A DNA stretch of 64,000 nt from Selaginella moellendorffii. Taxonomy: Eukaryota > Plantae > Lycopodiophyta. A program made the position numbers and the translations under genes. The stretch is taken from contig NW_003314276.1 of assembly GCF_000143415.4 (NCBI RefSeq), positions 1,910,107 to 1,974,106 of the forward strand. The letters run 5' to 3'. Positions 1 to 12,159 of the stretch are shown here, in pieces. The notes below the pieces were generated by a model. It worked only from the letters and a program-made list of their open reading frames with translations, made no database searches and was not told where the DNA came from. Numbering within the stretch: the first letter of the stretch is position 1; each line of letters starts with the position of its first letter.

Positions 1-308
1 AGCTAGTGGAAACAAAGAAGAAGCCTTAGACTGGCGTTGATTCAGATTGTGGAGAAATGGAATAAAGCTAACTTATATATACTATAGGTTGATGAAGCTC
101 CACCACTCTTGGATCGAGGATGGCCTAAATATAGCTGAGGTCGAGGAGGCGCCATATCAATATCAGGAATGTGGCTCGAGACTCAGGAATCGTACAAGAA
201 ACCAGAGAGTCAAGAATAGGGAAGTGTCTTGAGAGTCAGGAATGTGGTCTGCAGGTCAGGAATCTAGCGAGAGTCAGGAATGTGGCAAGAATTGGGGGAT
301 TCCTGACA
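1..308 (-). repeat. 3' LTR (partial)
   Basis: Direct repeat of 4751-5084; minus-strand polypurine tract AGGAGGGGG at ~312-320 lies just before it. Confidence 0.95.
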
Positions 309-324
309 ACACCCCCTCCTCAAG

Positions 325-3300
325 AACGAGTGGAACGAGGACGTGAATGAGAACGACGAGGAGGATGAGATGAGCGGCGAGGGATGGGAGATGGAGAAAA
401 AGAATGAGGACTGGGACGAGAAGGATAGCGGCGGTGGAAGTCCTGAACAAGGTCAGGAGAATGAATCAAGTTGTCCACAGATTCCCAAGTGCATTCTTCA
501 GGCCCGTAACCCTTCCAGTCAACCAGATAGTAGAGTTTAGACTGTGAAATCTTGGAATCAAGGATGTCCTAAACCTCGTACTCAGACCCATCCTCAAGCT
601 GCACTGGTGGAGGTGGAGGAATGACCCGATTGGGAATAGGACTGGGAATATAAGGCTCAAGGAGAGAGGAATGAAAAACGGGGTGAATTTGATATAAGGA
701 GGGAAGTGCAAGGCGATAAGTGACAGGATTAATGATGGCAGTGATAGGGAAAGGACCGAGGCGTTTGAAATCAAGTTTTGGATAGGGCCTGGTGGTGGAG
801 ATATTTCGCCTAAGGAGCCAGACTTTATCCCCGATATTGTAAGGGGGACAATCCTAATGATGGACATTGGCAAGTGTTTTGTGAGATTCCTGAGCACGAT
901 GGAGGTGGAAGGAGATGGAGTTGTGGATTTCTTGGAGGTTGGAGACAAATACCTCAGAGTGGGGATTTGAATGAGAGGATTCGGATGGAGAAAGAAGTGA
1001 GAGATTGAATTGGGGATTTCGGCCAGAGTTTGCAAAGAAGGGGGAAATTCGAAGAGAGGAGTGAACAGAGTTGTTATAGGAGAACTCAGTAAGGGGAAGG
1101 ATATCGAACCAGTTATCTTGATGATAGTTGATGAAGCATCTCAAGAATTGTTCCAACGTCTGAATCGTTCGCTCAGACTGCCCATCAGTTTGAGGATGAT
1201 ACGCCGAAGAGAGGTTGGCCTTCACTCCAAGCAGCTGCAAAAACCGTTGCCAGAAATGAGAGATGAACTGAGGTCCCTGATCCGAAACCACATCTGTAGG
1301 AATCCCATGAAGTCGGAAAATTTCCCTGAATACCAGTTTTGCCATGTCCTCGCCCGAAAACTCCTTGGTACATGGCAAGAAGTGCGCCATCTTTGTGAAG
1401 CGATCCACCACGACTAAAATGCTGTTGAAGCCTCCAGAACGCGGAAGATCACTCAAGAAATCCATGGAGATGGATTCCCAAGGACCTGAAGGGACCGGAA
1501 GGGAACGAAGCAAACCTGAAGGAAGGTGGCGAGGTACCTTATTCCGGGGGCAAGTATCACAGAAGGTAACAAAAGCTTTGATGTAGTTGTCCATGTGAGG
1601 TTACCAAAAGTCCCGTGCAACTAGCTCATAGGTTTTCGCAATGCGGAAGTGACCAGCAATCGGGCTATCGTGGCACGCCATCAGGACCAACCTTCGAGCA
1701 TCACCTTCAGGAACGTAAAGTTGCTCCCCACGGTATAATAAGCCATCTAAGAACTCGAACTCGTCAAATCGCCAGCAGTCGGGAGTCACAGGGTGTCCAG
1801 CCTGAAGATGGGGGAAAATGTCGCTGGCGAGATCATCGGATTGAAGATCGTTTCTAATTGCATCCATCAAGGAGGAGTCCTGAGGGGCCAGGGAAATTGC
1901 CATAACTTGAAGCCGATCAAGATCAAGGATAACTTGATCCTGTTGATCGAAGGCAGGATTACTAGGCTTGAGACTAAGATAGGAGCGCCTTGAAAGAGCA
2001 TCAGGAAGGCCTTGAAACTTTCCAGGTCTGTACTTGATAACAAAGTCAAACTGACTTAGGAATTGTGCCCACCTTGCTTGACGACGGCTTAAAACTCGGG
2101 AAGTGGCAAAGTACTCGAGATTTTTGTGATCCGTCCAGATTGTTGTTTGATGGCCCACCCCCTCCAAGAAATGGTGCCACTCTCCAAAGGAATCCACGAT
2201 GGCAAGGAGCTCCTTGTCGTGGATTTCGTAATTGATCTCCGCAGGCTGGAATTTCCGAGAATGGAAAGCGACCGGATGAAGTTCTTGATCTGCTCCGAGT
2301 TGAGACAGCACAGCACCGATGGCAAAGTCGGAGGCGTCAGCCTCGATGAAGAAAGATTGTGAGGAATCAGCATGGATCAAAATGGGAGCAGAACTAAAGG
2401 CTGCCTTGAGTGTGTTGAAGGCGTGCTGGGCAGCAACAGACCAAGAGAAGGGAACATCCTTGCGAGTGAGATGCGTGAGAGGAAGGACAATGTCAGAGTA
2501 GTGATCAATGAATTTGCAGTAGAAGTTGGCGAAACCAAGGAAAACCTGAACATCCGATATTGATTGTAGAGGCTCCCACTCGAGAATAGTCTTGACTTTG
2601 GCAGGATCCATTGTGATACCCTCAGGAGTGACAATGTACCCAAGGAACTCCACAGACTGCTGATCGAAGGAACATTTCTCAAGCTTCGCGTATAGGCCGT
2701 GTTCTCGCAGCTTCGCCAGTGCCTTGCGTACATGTTCGTCGTGCTCCTCCTGAGTTTTTGAGTAGATGAGGATGTCATTGAGGTAGACGATCACCATCTG
2801 ATCAAGAAACTCTCGAAAGACATCGTTCGCCATGTGTTGGAAAACTGCTAGAGCATTTGTCAAGCCAAATGGCATGACAGTGTACTCGAAGTGGCCATAG
2901 CGGGTTCGAAACGCAGTCTTCCATTCATCACTAGGCCGGATCCGGATCAGGTTGTATGCGCCACGGAGGTCAATCTTGGTGAAGAAGCGGGCACCGCTGA
3001 GGCATTCCAACAGGTCCGAGATCAGGGGCAGTGGATAACGATTCCGAACAGTCACCTTGTTCAAACCTCAGTAATCAATGACTAGCCGCAAACACCCATC
3101 CTTCTTCTTGACAAAGAAGACAGGTGCTCCAGTCAGGGACTGCGAATGCTGAATGTACCCCGAGGCAAGGTTCTCATCCAAGTACTCTTTGAGGGCCTTA
3201 AGCTCGGACGGGGATAACCTGTAGATAGGCCCCCATGGAGGTGACGCTCTTTCCTGTAAATTAATGGGACAATCATAAGGCCGATGAACAGGTAGTACAC

Positions 3301-3650
3301 TAGCTTTTTTCTTATCAAACACATCCCCAAAATCATGATACTTCTCAAGAAGACTGATAGGAAAAACATGCAAAGCAAAAAGGAAAATAGGTTCTTCATG
3401 AAGGAGTTCTTTCATAGTGATGTCGAGCAGCAAAGTCCGTATCCATGAAGCAGGAAGTTACACTCGAGTCTAGTAGCGCCAAAGCCTTGAGTCCTGATTG
3501 TTCGGTGAAAGAAAGGAGACATGGGATGTGGAAGTTGCGGGAATTGGTGGTAGCTTTGATGAAAGGTGATGAGGAGCTTGATAAAGAAGAAAAGTGATTT
3601 TTATTCAGGGAGTCCAAATAGACAGCTCCTATTCTGTTTGGACAGGGTCA
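325..3650 (-). pseudogene. pol: pol (protease, RT, RNase H, integrase, chromodomain), disrupted
   Basis: ALLDSS protease; KIDLRGAYNL, MPFGLTNA, VYLND (from YLDD) RT; ADASDFAIGAVL, HDKELLAI RNase H; WESISMDF, VVVDRFTK, HPQTDGQSER integrase; [28 protein letters not shown] chromodomain at ~430-590. Confidence 0.95.
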
Positions 3651-3700
3651 TTTCCCGACTGCAACTGAGGTGGACTTTGAGGTAGAGTGAACTCGAGCAA

Positions 3701-4318
3701 TTAAGGAGGCTTCTTGGGACATATAGCTACTTTGTGATTAGGATCAACACAGTAAAGGCAAAGATTATGAGATATTCGATGTTGCTTCTCAGTAGGACTC
3801 AACTTCCCTCTAATGAGTTGGGGAGTACCAGAAATATCCATCGGGACCGGAGTAGTAGGTTTAGGAGTATGCCCCGAAGACTCAAGCTGGGATTCCTGAG
3901 TCTGGGACGGAAAAACAGCGGTGCGGCGACTTTCCTGACGACGTTCAAAGAGACGATTGTCATATCGAACAACTTTGTTGATGGCGTCCGACAGGTCCTT
4001 GGGATCCTCCATGGTGAGCAACAAATCCTTGACATAGTTGTTGAGGCCGAAACGAAATTGGTCAATCAGGGCCCGCTCATCCCACTGAGTGTTCAAGGCA
4101 AGGAGTTGGAACTCTGCAGCGTAGATTGAGGCAGGACAAGACCCCTGAGAGAGACGTCTCATCTTTGTGGTAGCAGCCCAAACCCGATCCATCTCGCCAA
4201 AACATGCTTCGAGCTTCTCTTTGAACAATTGAAGATCCATCAGCTCCGGAACCACGACCCCTTTCATGCTCTTCTCCAGAAGAGGAGAAAACCATGACAA
4301 AGCTGCACCTTCAAGCAA
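3701..4318 (-). pseudogene. gag: gag (capsid + CCHC zinc knuckle)
   Basis: LEGAALSWF...LSQGSCPASIYAAEF...WDERALIDQFRFGL; knuckle CLYCVDPNHKVAIC; the TAA at 3701 looks premature because the frame continues to ...SGNDPVQTE*. Confidence 0.9.
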
Positions 4319-4696
4319 CGTCCCAATTGCGCCGATTTAAGACTCGAGAGTGGGGTACCGTTAATGTTGAAGTGCAAAGATCAGCTCCATTTGGTTCAAA
4401 AATCCGCAAAGCTCCGAATGCTTGCCTGAAAATTTCGCCGGGAAACTCACCTTTGGTTCAGGAACTTTGTTGGATCCTTGAGCCGAAAGTGAAGCAAGCT
4501 CCTACTACATGCGAAGAAGGGTCGCCTTCAGCTCCGTATTCTCAGACTGGATTTTTGCAAGGACTTCGGCAAAGAAATCAGGATGGCTTGGAGACTCCAT
4601 CGGCAAAAAGAAAGAAAAGAAAGGGGAAAAAGACAAAGGCAATCAAATAATCGAAACGAGCTAAAGCAAAAGCAAAAGGCACAATCTGAATCAAAC

Positions 4697-5084
4697 TGTC
4701 AAGACCCCCCAACAAGATTAAGACTGGAAAATGCAAAAGACAAAGAGAAAAGCTAGTGGAAACAAAGAAGAAGCCTTAGACTGGTGTTGATTCAGATTGT
4801 GGAGAAATGGAACAAGGCTAACCTATATATACTATAGGTTGATGAAGCTCCACCACTCTTGGATCGAGAACGGCCTAAATATAGCTGAGGTTGAGGAGGC
4901 GCCACATCAATATCAGGAATGTGGCTCAAGACTCAGGAATCGTACAGGAAATCAGAGAGTCAGGAATAGGGAAGTGCCTCGAGAGTCAGGAATAGGGAAG
5001 TGTCTCGAGAGTCAGGAATGTGGTCTGCAGGTCAGGAATCCGGCGAGAGTCAGGAATGTGGCAAGAATTGGGGGATTCCTGACA
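4697..5084 (-). repeat. 5' LTR (388 bp, TGTCA...TGACA)
   Basis: Terminal inverted TGTCA/TGACA; 4751-5084 matches 1-308 with ~15 transitions and one extra 26-bp internal repeat unit; TATATATA at 4824-4831. Confidence 0.95.
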
Positions 5085-5697
5085 AATTGCAACAATAGCA
5101 AAAACTACTTCAAACTACTCTATGTGATTGATATCCTTCACACTATCAATGGTTTTGAACACAAGGTTGCTATAGAAGATTGCCATATTGATGGCCTCCC
5201 TCTAGTTTAGTTTAAAGAAATGTTCAAATCGTATGAGCTACCTCTTGCTATTATAATACTCAAGGAATTTGTTCCATGTTAGAGATGTTTTCTTCTTTTG
5301 AGCTCTTATGATAAGAGAGGTGCTCAACAGGTTGAGTTATAGCTAGACTTAGCAAAGGTAATGAGTGGTTACCAAAAAAGGGAGAATAAGAAAAGAAAAA
5401 AACTTAGCTATAAATAAGGACTATAAAATTTAGTTTCATTAAAGTAAATGTTCAGAATTATTCCTTGGGGACTTGCTCCTCTAGTATTTGGTATAGGGCA
5501 TTGTTATAAATGTGACTTAAGATACTTGTTGGTCAATTCTTATGAACATTCTCTCTTTATTGTCATGACAACAAAAGATCAATATTGTTGGTTCCTTTTG
5601 TTAGCCTCTTTTATCCAAGTGTTAATAAACTAAATTTAACATTTATACTTGGCTGAATGAGCATAAGGAAGGAATTCTTAAATGTTTATTTAGTCAA

Positions 5698-8600
5698 TGT
5701 CGTGAATGTGACTTCGGGTATCAAAAGTTATTTGTCAGCTAGTCCTTTCGAATATTCTTTTCTTACTGCCACGACAGTAGAAGGTCAGTATTGTTGAACC
5801 CTTTATCAGTCCCTCTTGTGCTAGTGGAGTTAATTGGGCATTTTGAATGTACTTAGATTAGACGAGCATAAGGATGGAATTCTTACATACTATTAGCTAA
5901 ACATACTTAGCCCGGTAAGGAGTTCCTGTCTCGTCATGTCTTGCACTGATTAATGACAAAAACCCTCAATATTGCTAAATAATAGCTTACCATGTCTGCG
6001 AAACACCCTCACTATCATGCCCTTTGTGTTAGTCTCATTCCGATCCTAAATGCTATTTATGGAAAGTGTCTAAATTTGCTCATTTGGCATATTTACGAAA
6101 TGTAAAGATTGTTCTGAACACAATATTATTCCTCCCATGTCTAAATTTACAATCTAAAGATATTCCATATTTAGTGAGTTTCGAGCTTGTCCCAGAGATT
6201 AACTCCTGGTACTAAGGGAGGCTTGGGGTGAAAGCCCAAAGTGTGTGTTCCTCAAAAGGGGAGGTTAGGGGTTCTAAATGTATAATAAGGATAGTGGGTA
6301 TGTCAAGCATGGTTGACCAACCTGAGGTATAATATAGCTTTTGCTTGCGTGTTTGTCCTTGTTTTGCGTCTGGCTTAGGTCTAAGCCCAAGTTCCACACT
6401 ATACTAGCTGATGGAGTACCCATATCTTCACGTTAGGCCACCAGTATGCTAAAATAGTGCTAGACTCTATTTAGCTCTATTTTGTGTGTTACTCCACAAA
6501 TGTTTTTAGGCTTTTCCAATGGCTAATCTATTGATCACTTTGCTCGAAAACCATTATATTTTTGTAAGCTAATATAAACTAGTAAAAGGGTTGAAGTTGA
6601 CTTCGGTTGGCTTAAACTTTAATAGGTAGTTTGTATGATGCAACCTAAAAGGGATGCTAACTTTTGGGGCTAAGGCAATTGAGTTAGATAAAATCTGGAG
6701 TTGGTGTAGAAAAGTGGCTGTTGTGCTTTTCTAGAAAGGTGATCGATTTGCTAAAAGATTAGTCTTGGATACTGACTAAGTATCTTTGACTTTGGTTAGT
6801 TTAGTTATTAAAGAGTTTTGGGTGGTGATTCACTTTTGCTTTCTTCTAGCTTTATTCTAGTATTAATGGCATTGAAGTGGTGCTTTGTTGTTGACATTAT
6901 ATCTTCATCAAGATTAATGAAATTCAATATCAATCTTATAGAGATAGAATATATTGATCATTAATGATTCTTTTTATGCTTGTTATAAAGTGAGTGACAT
7001 CTTGCTATAAATGAATTCATAAAGGATTGTTTAGTGATCACTTGTTAGGCACAGTTTCATTGTGTTTGGCTTTTGGATTGAAGCAAATATGCTCTTCATT
7101 AGCTTTGCATTATAAAATTTAGCTTATGCATGTGTTGAGAAGGATATTATGGGTTGTGCCATGATTTCTTCTTTAGCATTAAAATTAATTTATACAAGAC
7201 TCGTGATCATTGTTAGGCAAGACTTAACTATATACTTCTTCAAGCTTTGGTTCTTTGAGTTTTATGCTCATTATTCCATTTGTTAAGAGTTGTTGGGGAA
7301 AGAATTTTGGCTTATTTGTTTCGATATTGAAATTAGTTTTTGCATCTAGCAATTTTTAATGATGATTGACTATCATTTAGGATAGTTGATTATCCTTGTC
7401 AAAAGATTTACTTGGTTGTTGTTGATGTAGAATGATATGTCATTTTTTAGGATGGTGGATTCTTTCTTCAACAATGATTATGCAACTCTCTTTTGATGGA
7501 AGGATTAATGATCTTTCATGATAGTTAGTTGTTCTCTTTGATGGCTTATGGCTTTTCGTATTACCATATATTTTTTGTGGTTTGCTTTAAATTGGTCTTT
7601 TGGGTTTGAGATATCGGTAGGATGTTGCTAATGTTTGCTTAGGCAATTCTGGTTACTAAGTATTATTGACTAGGGTTTATTCAGGTTGATTAATGCAATA
7701 GTGAGGCATGAACGAGTGTTTGTTGGTCTTGCAACATTCATTCTGTTCTGTTGATTGCTGCTACAGTTTGTTCTGAATAAATTGGATGTTATTTCTTCCA
7801 AGTGATACATTCGCGAGCATTTTGCTTGCGAATTGATGATACTTTATGTTCTTTGAGTTATTTTTGGTAAGTTGTTTGGCATATTATCTACAATCTTTAA
7901 TAGTTAAATTTTATCATTGAGTTTTCTTGATGATACACTTGCTATTGAATTTTATTGGATATTGAATCCTATGTTTTCTAACGATAGTGATCTTGGTGGT
8001 TCCTATACTATCATACTGGCTTATTAGATGATAACTTACTTGAAATATTTTTGTATTCTAATCTAAGCTTTATTTATTGATAATTAAGCCTCTAAGATAT
8101 CATTGTCTATGATTTTGCTATCCATCTATCCATCTATTGATTTTTGAGTTTAGGCCAATATAGGCAAATTGGCTTTAGCACTTCGTATGTATGGTGAAAT
8201 TTTTAGTCATGGGGTAACTACTATTAACTGGTCATATCACTCACCTCTTTATCAATTTTCCTTCTTCCGTTCAAAGGGTATGACTATGTAAACAATTCTA
8301 ACTACTTATTGATAGTAGTCTATCTAAACTTTAGCAACAGATTTGGTTTCTTTACTCATAAAGGTTGGGGCCTTTAGCTTCTCTCTCTATATTCCTGCAG
8401 GCAAGGGTATAGCACACTTTTGTAACTTGGGTGATGCCTAAAGCAGTGTAGTGTATGTGATCATAGGATGAGATTTGGATATACTATCACTGTGGATTCT
8501 TGGAACCTTGGGGGATAAATGGGGATAAAATAGTCATTAAGGGCTCTCTCATCAACTAATTGCTCCTTTTCCAATTAGCTTAAGGGGAGAGAGATAAGGT

Positions 8601-9090
8601 GTGCTACAAGCAGCAAGGGTGGCTAACTCCGTTGGTCATTTCTTTGTCAGCAACGGCTGAAAAGTGTCTGAGTTGGTAGTGCATCCGCATTAAACAAAAA
8701 GGTTACCCTAACTCATTTAGGTTGGTGCATTTATCATATAGTGTGATCACCGTAAACTTTTTCTAGAGTTGTTTCCTTGTCAGTGGTCTAGACTAGAGTA
8801 TGCATTGATGAAGTTGATCTTCCCTAAGGGGGGCAGAGTGTTGCAAATGTAACTTCGGGTATCGAAAGTTACTTGTCAGTTAGTCCTTTTAGATATTCTT
8901 TCTTTACTGCCACAACGGCAAGAGGTTGGTATTGCTGAACCCTTTATCAATCCCTCTTATGCTAGTGGAGTTAACTAGGCATTTCGAGTGTACTTAGACT
9001 AGATAAGCATAAGGACGGAATTCCTACATACTATTAGTTAAACATATTTAGCCCAGTAAGGAGTTCCTATCTCATTGTATCTTGCACTGG
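5698..9090 (+). mobile_element. Old decayed LTR element (LTR-like direct repeats ~5698-5950 and ~8839-9090)
   Basis: TG-starting direct repeats (..ACTTCGGGTATC.AAAGTTA.TTGTCAG.TAGTCC..); PPT-like AAGGGGGGCAGAG before 8839; a further diverged copy at ~5511-5680; no intact internal ORF. Confidence 0.6.
8447..8608. mobile_element. 162-bp solo LTR / TRIM-like terminal repeat, copy 1
   Basis: TGTAG...CTACA ends, 5-bp TSD AGCAG on both sides; same family at 33492-33653. Confidence 0.85.
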
Positions 9091-9624
9091 TTAGAGATCT
9101 TGCACTGGCTGGGATATTCAAAGTTAAGTGTCTTTAAGTTTGAGTAATACTAGGTTGGATGACCGGGTCTAAATTCAAGAATTTACATTTGGTATTAGAG
9201 AGGTTTCAAGTTCGACTTTGTTAGTTGGCTTAGGGGAATTGCACCACATGTTGATTGACATCTGGCTGATCCAGTTTGCTCTGGCTAGGCTCAGCCCAAA
9301 GGGTAAGGTGTCAAGAGAGCAGGGCTCTCAGGAGAGATATAGCTCTCAGCTTCCGTTCACGAGGGCATGAACTTGTAGGGAAGTGTGGTGGATTGTAAGC
9401 AAGTAAAGAGAACGATTTAAAAGATGATCCATGAGGTTGAAATATAAAGGGAAAGGGCCTATGAATAAGAGTGCACCCCCTTTTTCCAATTGGTTAAGGG
9501 TCTTGGGATATTCAAGGTTAAGCATCCTTGGGTTTGAATAGTATTGGGTTGGGTGACCTTTTAAGAAGTCCAAATTCATGAGTTTACAAAAGGCCATATT
9601 TGACCAAGAAAGTCACTTTATCAA

Positions 9625-9720
9625 CTACCAGTTCTTTTGGTTATGAACAAGGATGGTACCATAAGGATGTGTATCAATTATCAAGCTCTCAACAAAATCA
9701 CAATTAAAAATAATTATCCT
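9625..9720 (+). pseudogene. Gypsy RT fragment
   Basis: Translates [31 protein letters not shown]. Confidence 0.75.
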
Positions 9721-10679
9721 AGTGATAGTTGAAAAATGATCGTTCTTGTGTTCTGGGCACTAAGCCATTGCAATCACAGAAAGAGCTCCTTTGTTTAGTG
9801 CTTTTTTTACAATCATTGAAGAAATCTACTTGTGATTTCTAGTGCTAGGCATGTTTGGAATTCATAAATAGTTGTTTTTCAAGCCAAAGAGTGATAGTTT
9901 ATCCCATCATAGTCATCAAAGCTCTTTTTGCCTATATTCGCGTTCTTGCCCCTACCTGCAAAATAGTGATAAACAAACAAAGACAAGAACATAAAGAAGA
10001 GAAAAAAAAAAGAAGAAGAAAAATAAAAAAAGAATAGAAAGAATTTAGTTTTAAACCCCAAAGATGTAAGTAAGGATAAACATATATCACTCTCTTAACT
10101 CTACTTTGCACAAATAGTCATAAGTAGAAAAAAAAGATAATTAATTCAATGCATATACATACAATAGTGAGTGGGGGTTGTTTTCTAGCATATCTAAGTG
10201 CTACTTATAAATTATATAATTTTATAACAGTTCTTAATTGTTTTGCGCTTGTCTATGATGAGTGTTGCCTAGGTTGGGTTTTTCTTCTTTGGATGCCTAA
10301 ACTTAGGCAAAATTCCATTTTGCCTAAACTTCCTTCTTTTGTTTTGCCTGAGAAGATATACAAGATAAAATATTTACCTCTTCATGAATCTCAAACTCCT
10401 TCTCGAACTTGGTCCTGACATTTCCATATATTATAACACTTACTATATGTTAGTCATTTTTATATCCCTTTCTAAAGACTCATTCATTAATGGCTTTATG
10501 TTTATTCCTCAAGCACTTTGTTAGGAGTTCCACTCCTACTCTCAACTTTCTAAATTGGAACTTTTGGTCCAAATATGTTATGCTCATTAGGTTCTCGTTT
10601 TAACCACTACTATGTGGCATATTTTTTGCTTTACTTTGGGTTTTAGGGATTTGTGTCTCATATAATCATTATGAAAGAT

Positions 10680-11240
10680 CATGAATTATTTATCGATAGA
10701 GATATAAATAGTCATTGTTGAAGAAATAATCCATCATCCTAAAGAGCAATAAATCATTCAACATTAATAATAATCAAGAAAATCCATTGATAAGGATAAT
10801 TGACTTCTAAATGATAATCAATCATCACCAATGATCATCAAATGTATAAACCAACTTTATCATTAAAACTAATGAGTTAAAATGCCTTCCTTAACAATAT
10901 GAAAGCTCAAAGAACCAAAAGCTTAAAAAATTCTATAATCAAATCTTTCCTAACAATGATCATGAGTTTTGCATAAACTTATTTCAATGGCAAAGAAGAA
11001 ATTATAATATAACTCATAATATTTTCCTCAATACACTCATAAGTTAAACTTTATAATATAAAAGTTAATAAAGAGCATGTCTGCATCAATCCAAAGCCAA
11101 GCATAATGAAGTTATGCTTAACAAGTGATCACCAAAATGATCCTCTATGAATCCATTTAAAATGTAACTCTCGTTATAACAAGCACAAAATAATCATTAA
11201 TAATTGATAGATCCCAACTCAAATTTATAAGGATTCAACA
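10680..11240. repeat. Diverged inverted copy of ~6935-7520 (TE-internal sequence)
   Basis: e.g. AACAAGTGATCAC and TTATAACAAGCA match the reverse complement; related fragment pairs 7850-8140/14222-14505 (direct) and 9380-9500/14520-14630 (inverted). Confidence 0.65.
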
Positions 11241-12159
11241 CTTTAATTGATCACTAATTCTTCCTCTTGCAAAACTAGCATAATTCATGACTAAATCACT
11301 TTTCAAGTAAAAGCCAAATCTTAACTTCTATTAAATTATCTCATCTCAAACATAGCTAACTCAATTTATCACTCAGTTTGTTTAAACACTAATATTAGTT
11401 GCTAACTAGCAAATGCATAACTGGTAATAACATAAAGTTATAGCTAACTATCAACATTATCTTTATTGAAACTAGTGAAATGAAATATCAATTTCTATAA
11501 TATGTGGAGAGGATGAAAGAATTGAAGTAGAACTTGAATAAAGACAACACTTAGAGAGGATGCAAAGTTTATAAGTAATTATTAATCATCAAAACAACTA
11601 ATAATCACACTTCAACTTACGTTCATAAAACCTAAATACTCTACTCACATCATTGTGTTATATACTTGTCCAATAAGTAGGTAGCACCCCAAGTACAAGA
11701 TATAGGAATATGGACAAGCACAAACTAAATGACCAATTGAATTCAATTGAATTGCAATAAATTTAATAACATGTTTAGCCAATAACTCTGAGTATGCATT
11801 GACGAGGTTAACTATGCATGATTAACACTCAAGCAAAACTAAAGTGAAGACTATGGGATAAACTCATATAAATACACAACCTCCTAATAGACAAGGCTAT
11901 AGTACAGGTACTAACACCTCAACTACAAATAACTAAGTTAAACATTTCATTTCCAATGATCTTGCTTATTGTAATTTGGTTATAGATATTGAAGAAACTA
12001 GCCAGCACTCTATATGCTGACGTATAAATACATTTTTTCCATCCCTCCCCATTATTACAAAGGATGACCTCTAATAGTTGTCTTCATTAACCTCACACAA
12101 ACAAGTATGAAAAAAATATGTATTAACTTTAATATTTCCCAATTTTGAACACTATTCAG

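Larger units (their letters stand above)
1..5084 (-). mobile_element. Ty3/gypsy chromovirus LTR retrotransposon (Tf1/sushi/Tcn1-like), near complete but decayed; 3' LTR runs off the window start
   Basis: Two LTRs (1-308, 4697-5084); gag-PR-RT-RH-INT-chromodomain order on minus strand; PPT next to 3' LTR; several in-frame stops. Confidence 0.97.

Noticed and set aside
160-300. Recurring TCAGGAAT units resembling a CRISPR array
   Set aside because: Irregular LTR-internal subrepeats in a eukaryotic retrotransposon; no unique spacers or cas genes
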